From a virus (Duplodnaviria > Caudoviricetes): DNA of 56,089 nt. Under the pieces are notes generated by a model. The model did no database searches. It had not been told where the DNA came from and worked only from the letters and a program-made list of their open reading frames with translations. The DNA is taken from positions 1 to 56,089 of IMG/VR virus record IMGVR_UViG_3300042866_000291. The stretch is one strand, 5' to 3'. Each line of letters starts with the position of its first letter. Within the stretch, counting starts at the first letter, position 1. Below are positions 8,278 to 16,369 of the stretch, one piece after another. Both the position numbers and the translations under genes were made by a program.

Positions 8278-8633
8278 GCCTTCTCTCCTGCTTTTGCGAT
8301 GGCTGCGCGGGCTTTCACGGCTTCAGGCCAATGCTGCCGCCCGTGTTTGCGGAACTCTTTGTCGATGTATTTCAACGCCATCAACAGTTCCGCGTTCAGC
8401 GTTTCAAGCGCAAACATCTTCTCGTTCCACCACTCTTGTCGTTTGGCGAAGGCTTCGTTGGCTTTGCGCAGCGCATCGCTCTCAGCACTCAGGCGGCGCA
8501 GTTCGGCGGCGGCTTCTCCATCGAGGTAGTGCTGCGCCGTGCCAATAGGGAACTGCTGTTCAAGCGCATCAGCCAAGCGCAGGGCTTCCGCGTGCACCAT
8601 CTGTGCCGGGGTTACTTCCAAGAGTTTTTTCAT
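8274..8633 (-). CDS. Hypothetical coiled-coil protein
   Basis: EALRLADAL...AAAELRRL...ARAAIAKA. Confidence 0.6.
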   Translation of the reverse strand: MKKLLEVTPAQMVHAEALRLADALEQQFPIGTAQHYLDGEAAAELRRLSAESDALRKANEAFAKRQEWWNEKMFALETLNAELLMALKYIDKEFRKHGRQHWPEAVKARAAIAKAGEKA

Positions 8634-8749
8634 AGCCACCCTGCCCAGTGCAGGCAATAAACGAAGGAGAAGAACAGGAAGGCCAACGCCAACAGCATGG
8701 CGGCAAGCCAGCCCAGTTCCTCCAGTCCGTCGTCTTCATAGCGTTGCAT
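8630..8749 (-). CDS. Small membrane protein (39 aa)
   Basis: AGGAG RBS; MQRYEDDGLEELGWLAAMLLALAFLFFSFVYCLHWAGWL. Confidence 0.55.
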   Translation of the reverse strand: MQRYEDDGLEELGWLAAMLLALAFLFFSFVYCLHWAGWL

Positions 8750-8759
8750 TTGCGTCTCC

Positions 8760-9062
<303 letters not shown>

Positions 9063-9071
9063 TGCTTTCTC

Positions 9072-9227
9072 CTAGATCAGAGCAGGCTCTGCGTCCTGCG
9101 GGTTGTACCGCCGCTTGGGCGGCTTCTTGGGTTTGTATGGCTGGCCCTTCCACGTTGGGAAGGGCCACACCTTGGGCGGTGGGTCTAGTGCTTCTTCTGC
9201 ACGTCGAAAGTTTTTGCGAGTAGCCAT
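9072..9227 (-). CDS. Hypothetical protein (51 aa)
   Basis: Manual translation MATRKNF...VWPFPTWKG...DAEPALI. Confidence 0.5.
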   Translation of the reverse strand: MATRKNFRRAEEALDPPPKVWPFPTWKGQPYKPKKPPKRRYNPQDAEPALI

Positions 9228-9346
9228 CTATCCCCCAATCGGCGTACCGACTTGACCCACTGCCGTTGGTTGTGGCGCTGCGTATGCAGCGGCACGTAGT
9301 CCACGGCGAACAGTTCGCGTACCAGTTTCAATGCGCGTGTTTTCAT
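9185..9346 (-). CDS. Hypothetical protein (53 aa)
   Basis: Manual translation MKTRALKLVRELF...QRQWVKSVRRLGDRWLLAK. Confidence 0.55.
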   Translation of the reverse strand: MKTRALKLVRELFAVDYVPLHTQRHNQRQWVKSVRRLGDRWLLAKTFDVQKKH

Positions 9347-9522
9347 TCGTCTCTCTCCGCTTCGTTGATGTCAGTGATATCCCAGTCGGCTTCGTCGGGG
9401 TCGCCCTCGACGTAATCCTCCAGGTTGCTCCACAGCCTTTCGGCTGCTTCTTCGGGAGAGTTGCCGCTGACAACGACGGTGATGTAGGACTCGCGCTTGA
9501 GTTCGATCTCATAGAACTTCAT
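9343..9522 (-). CDS. Hypothetical acidic protein (59 aa)
   Basis: GGAGG RBS; MKFYEIELKRESYITVVVSGNSPEEA... Confidence 0.55.
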   Translation of the reverse strand: MKFYEIELKRESYITVVVSGNSPEEAAERLWSNLEDYVEGDPDEADWDITDINEAERDE

Positions 9523-9992
9523 GCTGCACCTCCCAGGAACAGGATACGCAGGCGCTGCCAGAAGGTGAAGTGGGAGAAAGGCTGAGGCACCTCGACCTCG
9601 ATGTACTGAATCTTGGGCTTGGTCGCCTCTTGGATCTGCTTGATCAACTGCTCGTTTGTTTCGGACAGGTCGAACACCATGTCCTTCAGCCGGTTGCGAT
9701 CAAGCTCCAGCATGGTGCGCTTATCCACCGTTGACTTCTTCGTGTACTTGCGCTTGACTGCGCCCGCAACGATTGCTTTCCTGCGCTCGTACTTGGCTTT
9801 GGCCTGGGCCTTCTTCGCCTTGGTGCGTTCGTAGTTGCGCACGCCGTACACGTACTGCACCAAGCAGCCCACCTCGGCTGCGATCTCCTTGGAGTCTTTG
9901 CCCTGCGCCAGCATCTCGCGGATGAGCGCGGCTTTGTTTGTTTTCGTAGGTATCGTAGGTATCGTGGTTGGGTTTTGTTGGGTCTTCGTCAT
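9519..9992 (-). CDS. Putative HTH DNA-binding/coiled-coil protein
   Basis: Start moved to MTKTQ (CAGGAG RBS); KAALIREMLAQGKDSKEIAAEVGCLVQYVYGV. Confidence 0.6.
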   Translation of the reverse strand: MTKTQQNPTTIPTIPTKTNKAALIREMLAQGKDSKEIAAEVGCLVQYVYGVRNYERTKAKKAQAKAKYERRKAIVAGAVKRKYTKKSTVDKRTMLELDRNRLKDMVFDLSETNEQLIKQIQEATKPKIQYIEVEVPQPFSHFTFWQRLRILFLGGAA

Positions 9993-10038
9993 GCTGTTTC
10001 TCCTGTTGCTTTGAGACGTGGGTCTTTGCCCGAGTCCA

Positions 10039-10067
10039 AGTTTAGACAATGTAACGAGGGGCTGCAA
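10039..10067 (-). promoter_or_regulatory. Sigma70-like promoter
   Basis: TTGCAG-17 bp-TAAACT on the minus strand; -35 sits inside an AGGGG/CCCCT inverted repeat. Confidence 0.5.
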
Positions 10068-10079
10068 CCCCTGCACGCA

Positions 10080-10724
10080 TCAGTGCTGTCGATAGCTGAC
10101 GTTCTTCACCTCCTTGCTCCAGCATGCACGGCAATCGCCGCACTTGTTTTGATTGAGATAGGCTTTGCACTCCACGCCATGGGGCTTGGCCTCGGGTGTG
10201 TGCACCGTGCTTGTGTTTCCCTCGTATGCAGGAGGCTCGGCGTTGACCATCGCACCTGACAGACGCACGCACAGATTCGCAGGGAAGTCGCCAAACGCTG
10301 CGCGGTACTGGTGAATGAGCTTCTTCTCCTTGGTCGGCAACCAGAAGTTAACCGAAGGCAGTGCCTCGGCCACGCGCACGATGTTGAGCAGGTGCTGAAA
10401 AGATTGCAGGTCGCCGCTGTCATGCCAACGAAAGTACTCTTCGCCGCTGTGCTTGATGAGAAAGATCATGGCGTCTGCCCAGGCAGGATGCGTCAGCCCC
10501 GCCATGCGTTTGATGTGCGCCGTCTCCACGCTTGCGTAGCGGTAGTTGGCCTTGAGTGCGTAACACCCCTCGCACACGCTTCCCTTGATCTTCTGTAGCC
10601 TGCCGCCGGTCTTGCACTGGGTGGCGCTGATGCCGTAGCTGCGCCCGGGCATCTTGCTTGGTTTGCCCAGCGTGCCAGCGATGGCCTCGGCTGCACGCTT
10701 GGTGGTGATGGTTGTGATCTGCAT
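10080..10724 (-). CDS. Gp88-like Cys-rich (radical-SAM-like) protein
   Basis: SKMPG...C...CEGCYA, YFRWHDSGD, FWLPTKE, C-terminal CGDCRACW; start MQITT after AGGAGG. Confidence 0.75.
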   Translation of the reverse strand: MQITTITTKRAAEAIAGTLGKPSKMPGRSYGISATQCKTGGRLQKIKGSVCEGCYALKANYRYASVETAHIKRMAGLTHPAWADAMIFLIKHSGEEYFRWHDSGDLQSFQHLLNIVRVAEALPSVNFWLPTKEKKLIHQYRAAFGDFPANLCVRLSGAMVNAEPPAYEGNTSTVHTPEAKPHGVECKAYLNQNKCGDCRACWSKEVKNVSYRQH

Positions 10725-10743
10725 GGTTAACCTCCTGTGAATG

Positions 10744-10769
10744 AAAGAAACGGGGAGCCGAAGCTCCCC
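10744..10769 (-). terminator. Rho-independent terminator
   Basis: GGGGAGC-TTCG-GCTCCCC then GTTTCTTT on the minus strand, downstream of DUF932. Confidence 0.7.
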
Positions 10770-10798
10770 ACGATTAGGGGACTTGCGTCCCCGTTTGA

Positions 10799-11773
10799 TT
10801 AGGCAGCGGCGAGTGCCAACTCCACTGCCCGGTTCTTCAGCGTGTCGCCCTGGCCCCACAGAGCAGAGGCGGTACGGTTCTCATCCGAGTGAGCGCGGAT
10901 GTGGTGGTCGGCGTACTCGGTCACTGCGTTGAGCCAACCCCATGCCGTCTCCTGTGCTGTCTCAAGCCCCGCACCACGTGCGGCGCCGTTGAACAACTCC
11001 ATCACGCGAATGAAACCACGCGTCTCCTTGACTGCGTCGGTGTCCTTGGTGCCGGTCTTGAACAGGTGAACGCACAGGTCTTCGGCCAGCGGACGAGACA
11101 CCTTGATCCCTGACAACAGCCGCGCCGTCTCCATGAAAGCGCGGAACTCCGTGTTGGCGTTCTCCAATACGCCGCGCACATCTTCGGGCTTGAACTCACT
11201 ACGATGCGTCACCCGCACCGCTGCCTTGCCCTCACGTGCCATGCTCAGGGTGTTGTTGCACACCACCCGGACAGTCGTCCAGCGTGCTTCGGTGGCAAGG
11301 GAGCCATCGGCGGAGGTAGACAGGAGAGCATAGGGCACCACCTTGTCCGAGTACCCATCGACGCACACACCCTCGGCGAGCTTGGCCGTGGCGAAGTACC
11401 GCTTGCCCCCAAACAAAACACCCGCTGACTCAATCGTCATCCCACCTGCCGTGGCCCAGTCGCGGAAGAACTCAAGGACTTCGCGGGGCTGCACTACTTT
11501 GTAGGAATCGGATACGACTCCGAGCGCGTCCTTCGTGTCCGAGCGGAACAGCACCACCTTGTCCTTCACCACCTTCATGGCGTCGGCCAACTGGCCACGC
11601 TCAGTGGCGTAGCGTACGTACCCACGCTGCACTTCGTAGTCCATGCCTGCGGCAGCTTGCCACTGCTCCACGCTTTGCCCTGCGGGCATCAGTTGCCCCA
11701 GGCCATGCCACTCGCGCTGAGTGGAGGCGTAAGAGGTGGTGCCGGTTGCGTTTGTATAGAGTTGATGTGCCAT
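10799..11773 (-). CDS. DUF932 / phage-plasmid-like protein
   Basis: MAH...WHGLG, LFRSDTKDALGVVSDSYKVVQPRE, VRVVCNNTL, TAWGWLNAVTEYADH. Confidence 0.88.
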   Translation of the reverse strand: MAHQLYTNATGTTSYASTQREWHGLGQLMPAGQSVEQWQAAAGMDYEVQRGYVRYATERGQLADAMKVVKDKVVLFRSDTKDALGVVSDSYKVVQPREVLEFFRDWATAGGMTIESAGVLFGGKRYFATAKLAEGVCVDGYSDKVVPYALLSTSADGSLATEARWTTVRVVCNNTLSMAREGKAAVRVTHRSEFKPEDVRGVLENANTEFRAFMETARLLSGIKVSRPLAEDLCVHLFKTGTKDTDAVKETRGFIRVMELFNGAARGAGLETAQETAWGWLNAVTEYADHHIRAHSDENRTASALWGQGDTLKNRAVELALAAA

Positions 11774-11836
11774 GTTGAATCTCCTAGTTGAGGTTTGCCG
11801 CTGATCCGCAGCGGCCACGGTTGTCCAGAAGTAGAC

Positions 11837-11867
11837 ATTGTACACCCTTCCCACATCTGTGGGAAGG
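11837..11867 (-). promoter_or_regulatory. Sigma70-like promoter with overlapping 22-bp palindrome
   Basis: TTCCCA-17 bp-TACAAT; CCTTCCCACA-TC-TGTGGGAAGG at 11846-11867. Confidence 0.5.
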
Positions 11868-11885
11868 ATTGGGGTGAAAAAAATT

Positions 11886-12101
11886 TCAGGTCAGGTCGAA
11901 CAAGCGGTGCTGAAGGTTGGCCACGTACTCCGCCTCTTCGTTCATGCCCAACGCTCTGAGGTAGTGCGTGAGCAGGCTCGCCGTCATCAGCGCGTCGCTT
12001 GCGGTGCGCTTCAGATGCAGGTTCGTCAGTCCTGCAAGCAGGTCGGTGCGCTCTTTCGCAGTAAGCGAATCGATGAAGTCTTTGGTTACTCCGTTGGTCA
12101 T
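11886..12101 (-). CDS. Hypothetical protein
   Basis: AAGGAG RBS, 71 aa. Confidence 0.65.
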   Translation of the reverse strand: MTNGVTKDFIDSLTAKERTDLLAGLTNLHLKRTASDALMTASLLTHYLRALGMNEEAEYVANLQHRLFDLT

Positions 12102-12112
12102 TTGCTTTCTCC

Positions 12113-12511
12113 TTAGCTGACGCTGACCTCGAAGGTCAGGTCGCGCACTGCGTCCCGCACCTTGTCATCCAACTCATCGCCCCGCACGAAGTCATCGAAG
12201 TCGGGCAGGTCGTCCACTTGACTGGCGATGTTGTCGTAGTTGTCGTGGTCGTAGTCCTCGCAGTGATCCGCGATAGCCTGCTCCACCACCGAGTCGATCA
12301 TCGGCTTGACCAAGTGGCGCAGGGCGTCCATGTCCACGGTGACGTTCGTCTCCTTCTGAAAGAGTGCGGCTTCGGTCAGCTTGGTTTCCAACGCAGCGAT
12401 GCGCTGAGCCAGTTCTCCCACGATGTTGGCGTGCTGTTGCTGGATGGCCGTGATGTGCGCCTCGACGGCGGCGTTGAGGAGTTGGTTGAAGATGGTGTTG
12501 ATGTCGATCAT
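12113..12511 (-). CDS. Hypothetical protein, coiled coil with acidic C-terminus
   Basis: AGGAG RBS; D-rich tail. Confidence 0.7.
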   Translation of the reverse strand: MIDINTIFNQLLNAAVEAHITAIQQQHANIVGELAQRIAALETKLTEAALFQKETNVTVDMDALRHLVKPMIDSVVEQAIADHCEDYDHDNYDNIASQVDDLPDFDDFVRGDELDDKVRDAVRDLTFEVSVS

Positions 12512-12583
12512 GGTTAGTTTCTCCTAGTTGATGTGCCGCTGAGCCGCAGCGGCTACGGTTATGGGGACGGTTGTCCCCGTTTC

Positions 12584-12991
12584 TCAGTGTGTGGTTTCAG
12601 CTTGGCTGAGTTTCTCCACGATGGCGTCGTACTGCTCACGCTGTGCGTCGTTGAAAGTCAGGGTCTGCACAAGGGGGCGGCTACCTTCGCCCCAGGTATC
12701 GACGACGCGCCAGTTGTCGTCGATCACGTACACCCCGTTGTCGTAGTTGTCGCAGTCGAGGTCGCATAGCTGGCCGATCCCCACGGACGAGTTGCCCGGG
12801 AAGAACTCACAGATCAGCCCGCACAGGCGGGCCATGGCGTACTCACCATCGGCGCCGGGGGCGCGGTATCCACGGAGTTGGCAGACTCGCAGGAAGGCCA
12901 GGACTGACTCCGGCCCGCCGTTCCAGTGGACGTAGATGCCCACGCCTGTGGTGCGTGACTTGCTGTTGGTGATGATTGCTCGGTTTCCCAT
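12584..12991 (-). CDS. Hypothetical protein (YxHWNGG motif)
   Basis: MGNRAII...GIYVHWNGG...DNGVY; AAGGA RBS. Confidence 0.7.
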   Translation of the reverse strand: MGNRAIITNSKSRTTGVGIYVHWNGGPESVLAFLRVCQLRGYRAPGADGEYAMARLCGLICEFFPGNSSVGIGQLCDLDCDNYDNGVYVIDDNWRVVDTWGEGSRPLVQTLTFNDAQREQYDAIVEKLSQAETTH

Positions 12992-13017
12992 GGTTAGTTC
13001 CTTTCGTTGCTTGGTTG

Positions 13018-13197
13018 TTAGTGGGTTGGCCCACGCTCGATGGTGTAGATCCTGTCGCCGTTGCGCACGCTGACCTCTTGCTCGGGGTCGCGCTCAAGTA
13101 GCGCCTCGATGACTTGGCGGTAGGTCAACCCCGGCACCATCTCAGTATCGGGATCGACCGCGCTGCGCAGGTACTCGATCAGTTCCTTGACCTTCAC
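13018..13197 (-). CDS. Hypothetical protein (59 aa)
   Basis: GTG start overlapping upstream stop; MKVKELIEYL... Confidence 0.55.
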   Translation of the reverse strand: MKVKELIEYLRSAVDPDTEMVPGLTYRQVIEALLERDPEQEVSVRNGDRIYTIERGPTH

Positions 13198-13421
13198 TGC
13201 CGTGCCCCTTCGTTGAGGGTCTGCAAGTACTGGTTGTAGTAGCGCGTGAACAGGTCGGGGAACGCTGCCTTGAGGCGCTCTTTGTTGTGGCTGTCGGCCA
13301 TGTAGTAGGCAGTGGCGAGGTAGTAGGCGAAGCTACCACCCCCACGCATCTCGTTGGCCGCGTTCATGAAGTCGCTGTCCGACTGGGGTCGGGCTTGTAG
13401 TTCGGTGATGTTGTCTTTCAT
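13194..13421 (-). CDS. Hypothetical protein
   Basis: Start MKDNIT after GGAGG; GGSFA...AD..NKERLKAAFPDLF. Confidence 0.65.
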   Translation of the reverse strand: MKDNITELQARPQSDSDFMNAANEMRGGGSFAYYLATAYYMADSHNKERLKAAFPDLFTRYYNQYLQTLNEGARQ

Positions 13422-13684
13422 GCTGTTGCCTCCTCTTTCTTGGGTTTCACAATGCGTCCACGGTTGTCGAACTCGACGTGGGCCAGGACGAAACTGCCCT
13501 CGACTTGAGGGCGGTACCACTCGATGTCGTAGCTCTCCTCGTCTGATACCGGCACGTACCACACCCAGTAAGTGTTCTTGCGCTTGTTGGCCCAGGTCAT
13601 CAACTCGTTGAGATCTGTGCCGCTGCGCCACTCAAAGAACGACGTGAGCAGGAAGTGGAAGGTGGGCTGTGTGTGTTTGACCAT
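13418..13684 (-). CDS. Hypothetical protein
   Basis: AAGGAG RBS; VWYVPV...YDIEWYRPQV. Confidence 0.65.
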   Translation of the reverse strand: MVKHTQPTFHFLLTSFFEWRSGTDLNELMTWANKRKNTYWVWYVPVSDEESYDIEWYRPQVEGSFVLAHVEFDNRGRIVKPKKEEATA

Positions 13685-13699
13685 GATGTTTCTCCTTCT

Positions 13700-13921
13700 T
13701 CAGTTGGTGCGCGATGCTTTGCGCAGTTCGTTGGCAAGGTCACTGCCGCCGTTGCGGCCTATCCACCCGTGGCCATCCCACCCATAGGGCGTCTTCTCCA
13801 CGGTGATCTGGTTCTCACCCCAGGTGAGTTGGATAAAGGTACTACCGGCATTGGCCGCGCGGAACAAGGCGGCACGCAGCGTGGTGATGCTGGGCTTCTT
13901 CGTGTATTCAATCTGTGTCAT
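13700..13921 (-). CDS. Hypothetical protein
   Basis: Start MTQIEY after AAGGAG; WGENQI...WDGHGWIG. Confidence 0.65.
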   Translation of the reverse strand: MTQIEYTKKPSITTLRAALFRAANAGSTFIQLTWGENQITVEKTPYGWDGHGWIGRNGGSDLANELRKASRTN

Positions 13922-13932
13922 GTCTTTCTCCT

Positions 13933-14133
13933 TCACTCGTTGCGTTCGGCGCCGACATCGGTCAGGCGCATGTTCTCGACAGTGCCGTCGGTTACGTCCC
14001 ACACCTGCCAGTTCCAACACTCGGCGCCGATCAGTGCAGGCCAGTCCCACTTGGCCGGATCGTCGCCCGGTGTGCCGTCGATGGTCTTGAGCGTGAGCAC
14101 CACGCTGTAGGTTTTGGTTTTCAGTAAGGCCAT
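13933..14133 (-). CDS. Hypothetical protein
   Basis: Start MALLKT after AAGGAG; DPAKWDWPALIG. Confidence 0.6.
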   Translation of the reverse strand: MALLKTKTYSVVLTLKTIDGTPGDDPAKWDWPALIGAECWNWQVWDVTDGTVENMRLTDVGAERNE

Positions 14134-14146
14134 GGTTGTTTCTCCT

Positions 14147-14419
14147 TTAGTGGTTGGGGTTGTGGCTTGGGCGGGTGCCGACCATCTCACCCTGCATGAT
14201 CTTGAACAGCACGTGCTTGGCCCGGTTGAGCGTCTGGCGTGCACCCTCGTGGTCGCCGTGGGCCAGTTGCTCCTGGGCGTCCGACATCAGACTGGCCACC
14301 ACCATCGAGGCGCCGGTCACCTTGTAGGTCACGCTCTCGGCGACGCTTTCGAGAAACTCCTCGATGTTGCAGCCGTACATTTGCTGGTCTTTGGGGGTGT
14401 TTGTATTGCGTTGGTTCAT
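14147..14419 (-). CDS. Hypothetical protein
   Basis: Start MNQRN after AAGGAG; MYGC...SLMSDAQE...ARQTLNRAK. Confidence 0.65.
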   Translation of the reverse strand: MNQRNTNTPKDQQMYGCNIEEFLESVAESVTYKVTGASMVVASLMSDAQEQLAHGDHEGARQTLNRAKHVLFKIMQGEMVGTRPSHNPNH

Positions 14420-14471
14420 GGTTGTTTCTCCTTGTTGAGGTTGGATTTGGGGACAACTGTCCCCGTTTGGG

Positions 14472-15131
14472 TTATTGCTGCCAGGAAATAAACCACGGAC
14501 TGCGGGCAGCGTTGCGCCTTCCGGGTATTGGGATGCACTGTGCGAATAAGTATCTGAGTTCGGCATGTTCTTGCTCGGTGATATATGTGGTTGGATTGAG
14601 GTCGTCGATACTTGGTTTTATTGGCGTGCCCCTGAGTTTTGATTTGATCGTGGCGTTATCGCGTATTTTTCTGAGCACCTCGGTGTAGTAACTAAAGAAG
14701 GCAGCGTAGGGTGCGTATTCGGTCTGGCCCTTCCCGGCCACCATCTCCCGGTACCGCAAGGCGTGGTTGTACGCCCACTTGAACTCCTGCCTCGCCGCGT
14801 TGAGCAGCCCCTTGCCCCAGTTCTCCCGCCGGGTTCTTGAGTGGGATGCGTAGGTTCGGTCAGGCATCACGCTGTTCTTGAAGTGCTCGCGTTCTCGCCG
14901 GTCGATGGCGTCAAGGTAGACAGCGGAGACTCGGTTGTGGGAAGTCGAGCGGGCGTTGATGCGCTCGCGTTTGGTCATCTCTTTGTAGGTCTTGGGCGGA
15001 CGGCACGCGTTGCAGGAGTCCTGAAGTCGCAACTTTCCGCCCCGCCAGCGCCGGAAAAAGCGCACGGGAAGGTCACGAGAGCAGAGAACGCAGCGGCGTG
15101 TGATGGCCGGGGTGGCAAGGTTTTTGGGCAT
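14472..15131 (-). CDS. Basic protein with N-terminal CxxC...CxxC zinc finger
   Basis: RRCVLCSRDLP...F...SCNAC. Confidence 0.6.
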   Translation of the reverse strand: MPKNLATPAITRRCVLCSRDLPVRFFRRWRGGKLRLQDSCNACRPPKTYKEMTKRERINARSTSHNRVSAVYLDAIDRREREHFKNSVMPDRTYASHSRTRRENWGKGLLNAARQEFKWAYNHALRYREMVAGKGQTEYAPYAAFFSYYTEVLRKIRDNATIKSKLRGTPIKPSIDDLNPTTYITEQEHAELRYLFAQCIPIPGRRNAARSPWFISWQQ

Positions 15132-15157
15132 GGTTTAGTAAGTTTCGTGTAAGGGTT

Positions 15158-15452
15158 TGGGTAGCTACCCAGTTCCTCATAAGGTGTGGGCGCAACATTG
15201 GGTAGTGTAAGTCGTTGATGTGCAAGGGGAAAGGTCGTGGCTACCCAACTACCCAGAATTTTCCGGAACATAAACGAACAGACAGAAAAAAGAAAAAGTT
15301 TCTGGCTCACTTTCACACACAACAACAAATACTTTTGGTATGTATATGTATATATGGGTAGTTGGGTAGTGTTGTGGGTTGTTCATAAAAATCAATGACT
15401 TACGCTACCCAATGTTGCGCCCGTGGGTTATGAGGAGGTGGGTAGCTACCCA
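15158..15452. repeat. Nested inverted repeats with TGGGTAG iterons around an AT-rich core (origin candidate)
   Basis: 62-bp arms 15158-15219 / 15391-15452; inner 15-bp arms 15241-15255 / 15355-15369; same centre 15305. Confidence 0.85.
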
Positions 15453-15514
15453 AAGTCCAACTTTTGACAAGGGTTTACCCTTAGAAGAGTCAAAAGGGGG
15501 ACAAAAGTCCCCGT

Positions 15515-15694
15515 TTAGCGGGTGCGCAGCCAGACGCGGCGCTCCCAGTACTTCACTTCCTCCTTGCCTTCGCGCTCTTCGATCTCGCGGATCAGCCGCT
15601 GCTTGATCCGGTCTAGTTCGGCTTTCGCTTGCGGGTTGGGATGCCCTCCCTTGAGTGGCAGGGCGCGTTGCTGGTGGCGGGTTGTGTGGGGCAT
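15515..15694 (-). CDS. Hypothetical protein (59 aa)
   Basis: AAGGAG RBS; MPHTTRHQQRALPLKGG... Confidence 0.55.
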   Translation of the reverse strand: MPHTTRHQQRALPLKGGHPNPQAKAELDRIKQRLIREIEEREGKEEVKYWERRVWLRTR

Positions 15695-15704
15695 GGTTCA
15701 CTCC

Positions 15705-15854
15705 TTAGATGGTGAAGTCGTGGGCTTTGAGGAAGGCCAACTCCTCGGGGGTGGCAAGGCACACGGCCATCATGTGCTTGTTGAGGTACGCCTGTAGCTT
15801 GGCGCGGTTGGTCGGGGTGGGGCACTTGCGGTAGGTGTTGATGAGGCGGGACAT
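15705..15854 (-). CDS. Hypothetical protein (49 aa)
   Basis: CAGGAG RBS; MSRLINTYRKCPTPTNRAKLQAYLNKHMMAVC... Confidence 0.55.
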   Translation of the reverse strand: MSRLINTYRKCPTPTNRAKLQAYLNKHMMAVCLATPEELAFLKAHDFTI

Positions 15855-15955
15855 GGTTTGGGCTCCTGTAAAAACTTTTGGTTATAAGGACGGAATAGGC
15901 GCAGCCCCCTCGCTCTGAGGGTTCGCGCCAGAAAACGGGGACGTTTGTCCCCGAA

Positions 15956-16369
15956 TCACTTGGCGAAGGCGTTGGCAAGGGCCGTGGAGGCCAGCTTGCG
16001 TGCCTGCTCGTACTCGGCGCAGGCTTGCGCCAGTTGCGCGGCCAGCTTCGCGATGTGCGCGGGAACCTCGATCTCCTCCTTGTCGGCGTTGGTCTTGCCC
16101 GCGATATCCGCAATGAGGCGTTGCAGGGCCTTCTTCGCCGCTTCGTAGCCCTTGGCGTCCTTGTCGAGCACCTTGGTGCCCTTGGCCTTGCGCTCTCCCT
16201 CGATCACGGGAACGGCGTAGTACTTGGCCACGATGGGCAGCAGGATCGGGCGAAGCTCTTCCGGCGTCTTGCCCTTGCAGGACTTGTGGGCCCGGGCTTG
16301 AGCAATGCCGTCGCTGTAGGCGTGGGCGGCGTCGAGGGTGGAGGTGATGATGGTGTCGATGGTTTGCAT
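15956..16369 (-). CDS. Hypothetical protein, first gene of the early arm
   Basis: AAGGAG RBS before MQTIDT; strong GC3 codon bias. Confidence 0.7.
   Translation of the reverse strand: MQTIDTIITSTLDAAHAYSDGIAQARAHKSCKGKTPEELRPILLPIVAKYYAVPVIEGERKAKGTKVLDKDAKGYEAAKKALQRLIADIAGKTNADKEEIEVPAHIAKLAAQLAQACAEYEQARKLASTALANAFAK

Larger units (their letters stand above)
11781..12560 (-). repeat. Duplicated ~41-bp hairpin+RBS leader (11781-11822 and 12521-12560)
   Basis: AACCGT(G/A)GCCGCTG-CGG(A/C)T-CAGCGGC...TCAACTAGGAG before two genes. Confidence 0.8.
10777..15952. repeat. Five dispersed GGGGAC-N4-GTCCCC palindromes (10777, 12563, 14449, 15497, 15937)
   Basis: All intergenic, identical half-sites, variable 4-nt spacer. 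Confidence 0.85.

Noticed and set aside
10777-15952. Repeats as a CRISPR array, with the Cas4-like gene as a Cas system
   Set aside because: Repeats are 16 bp and hundreds to thousands of bases apart with genes between; the Cas4-like nuclease is a standard phage replication exonuclease.
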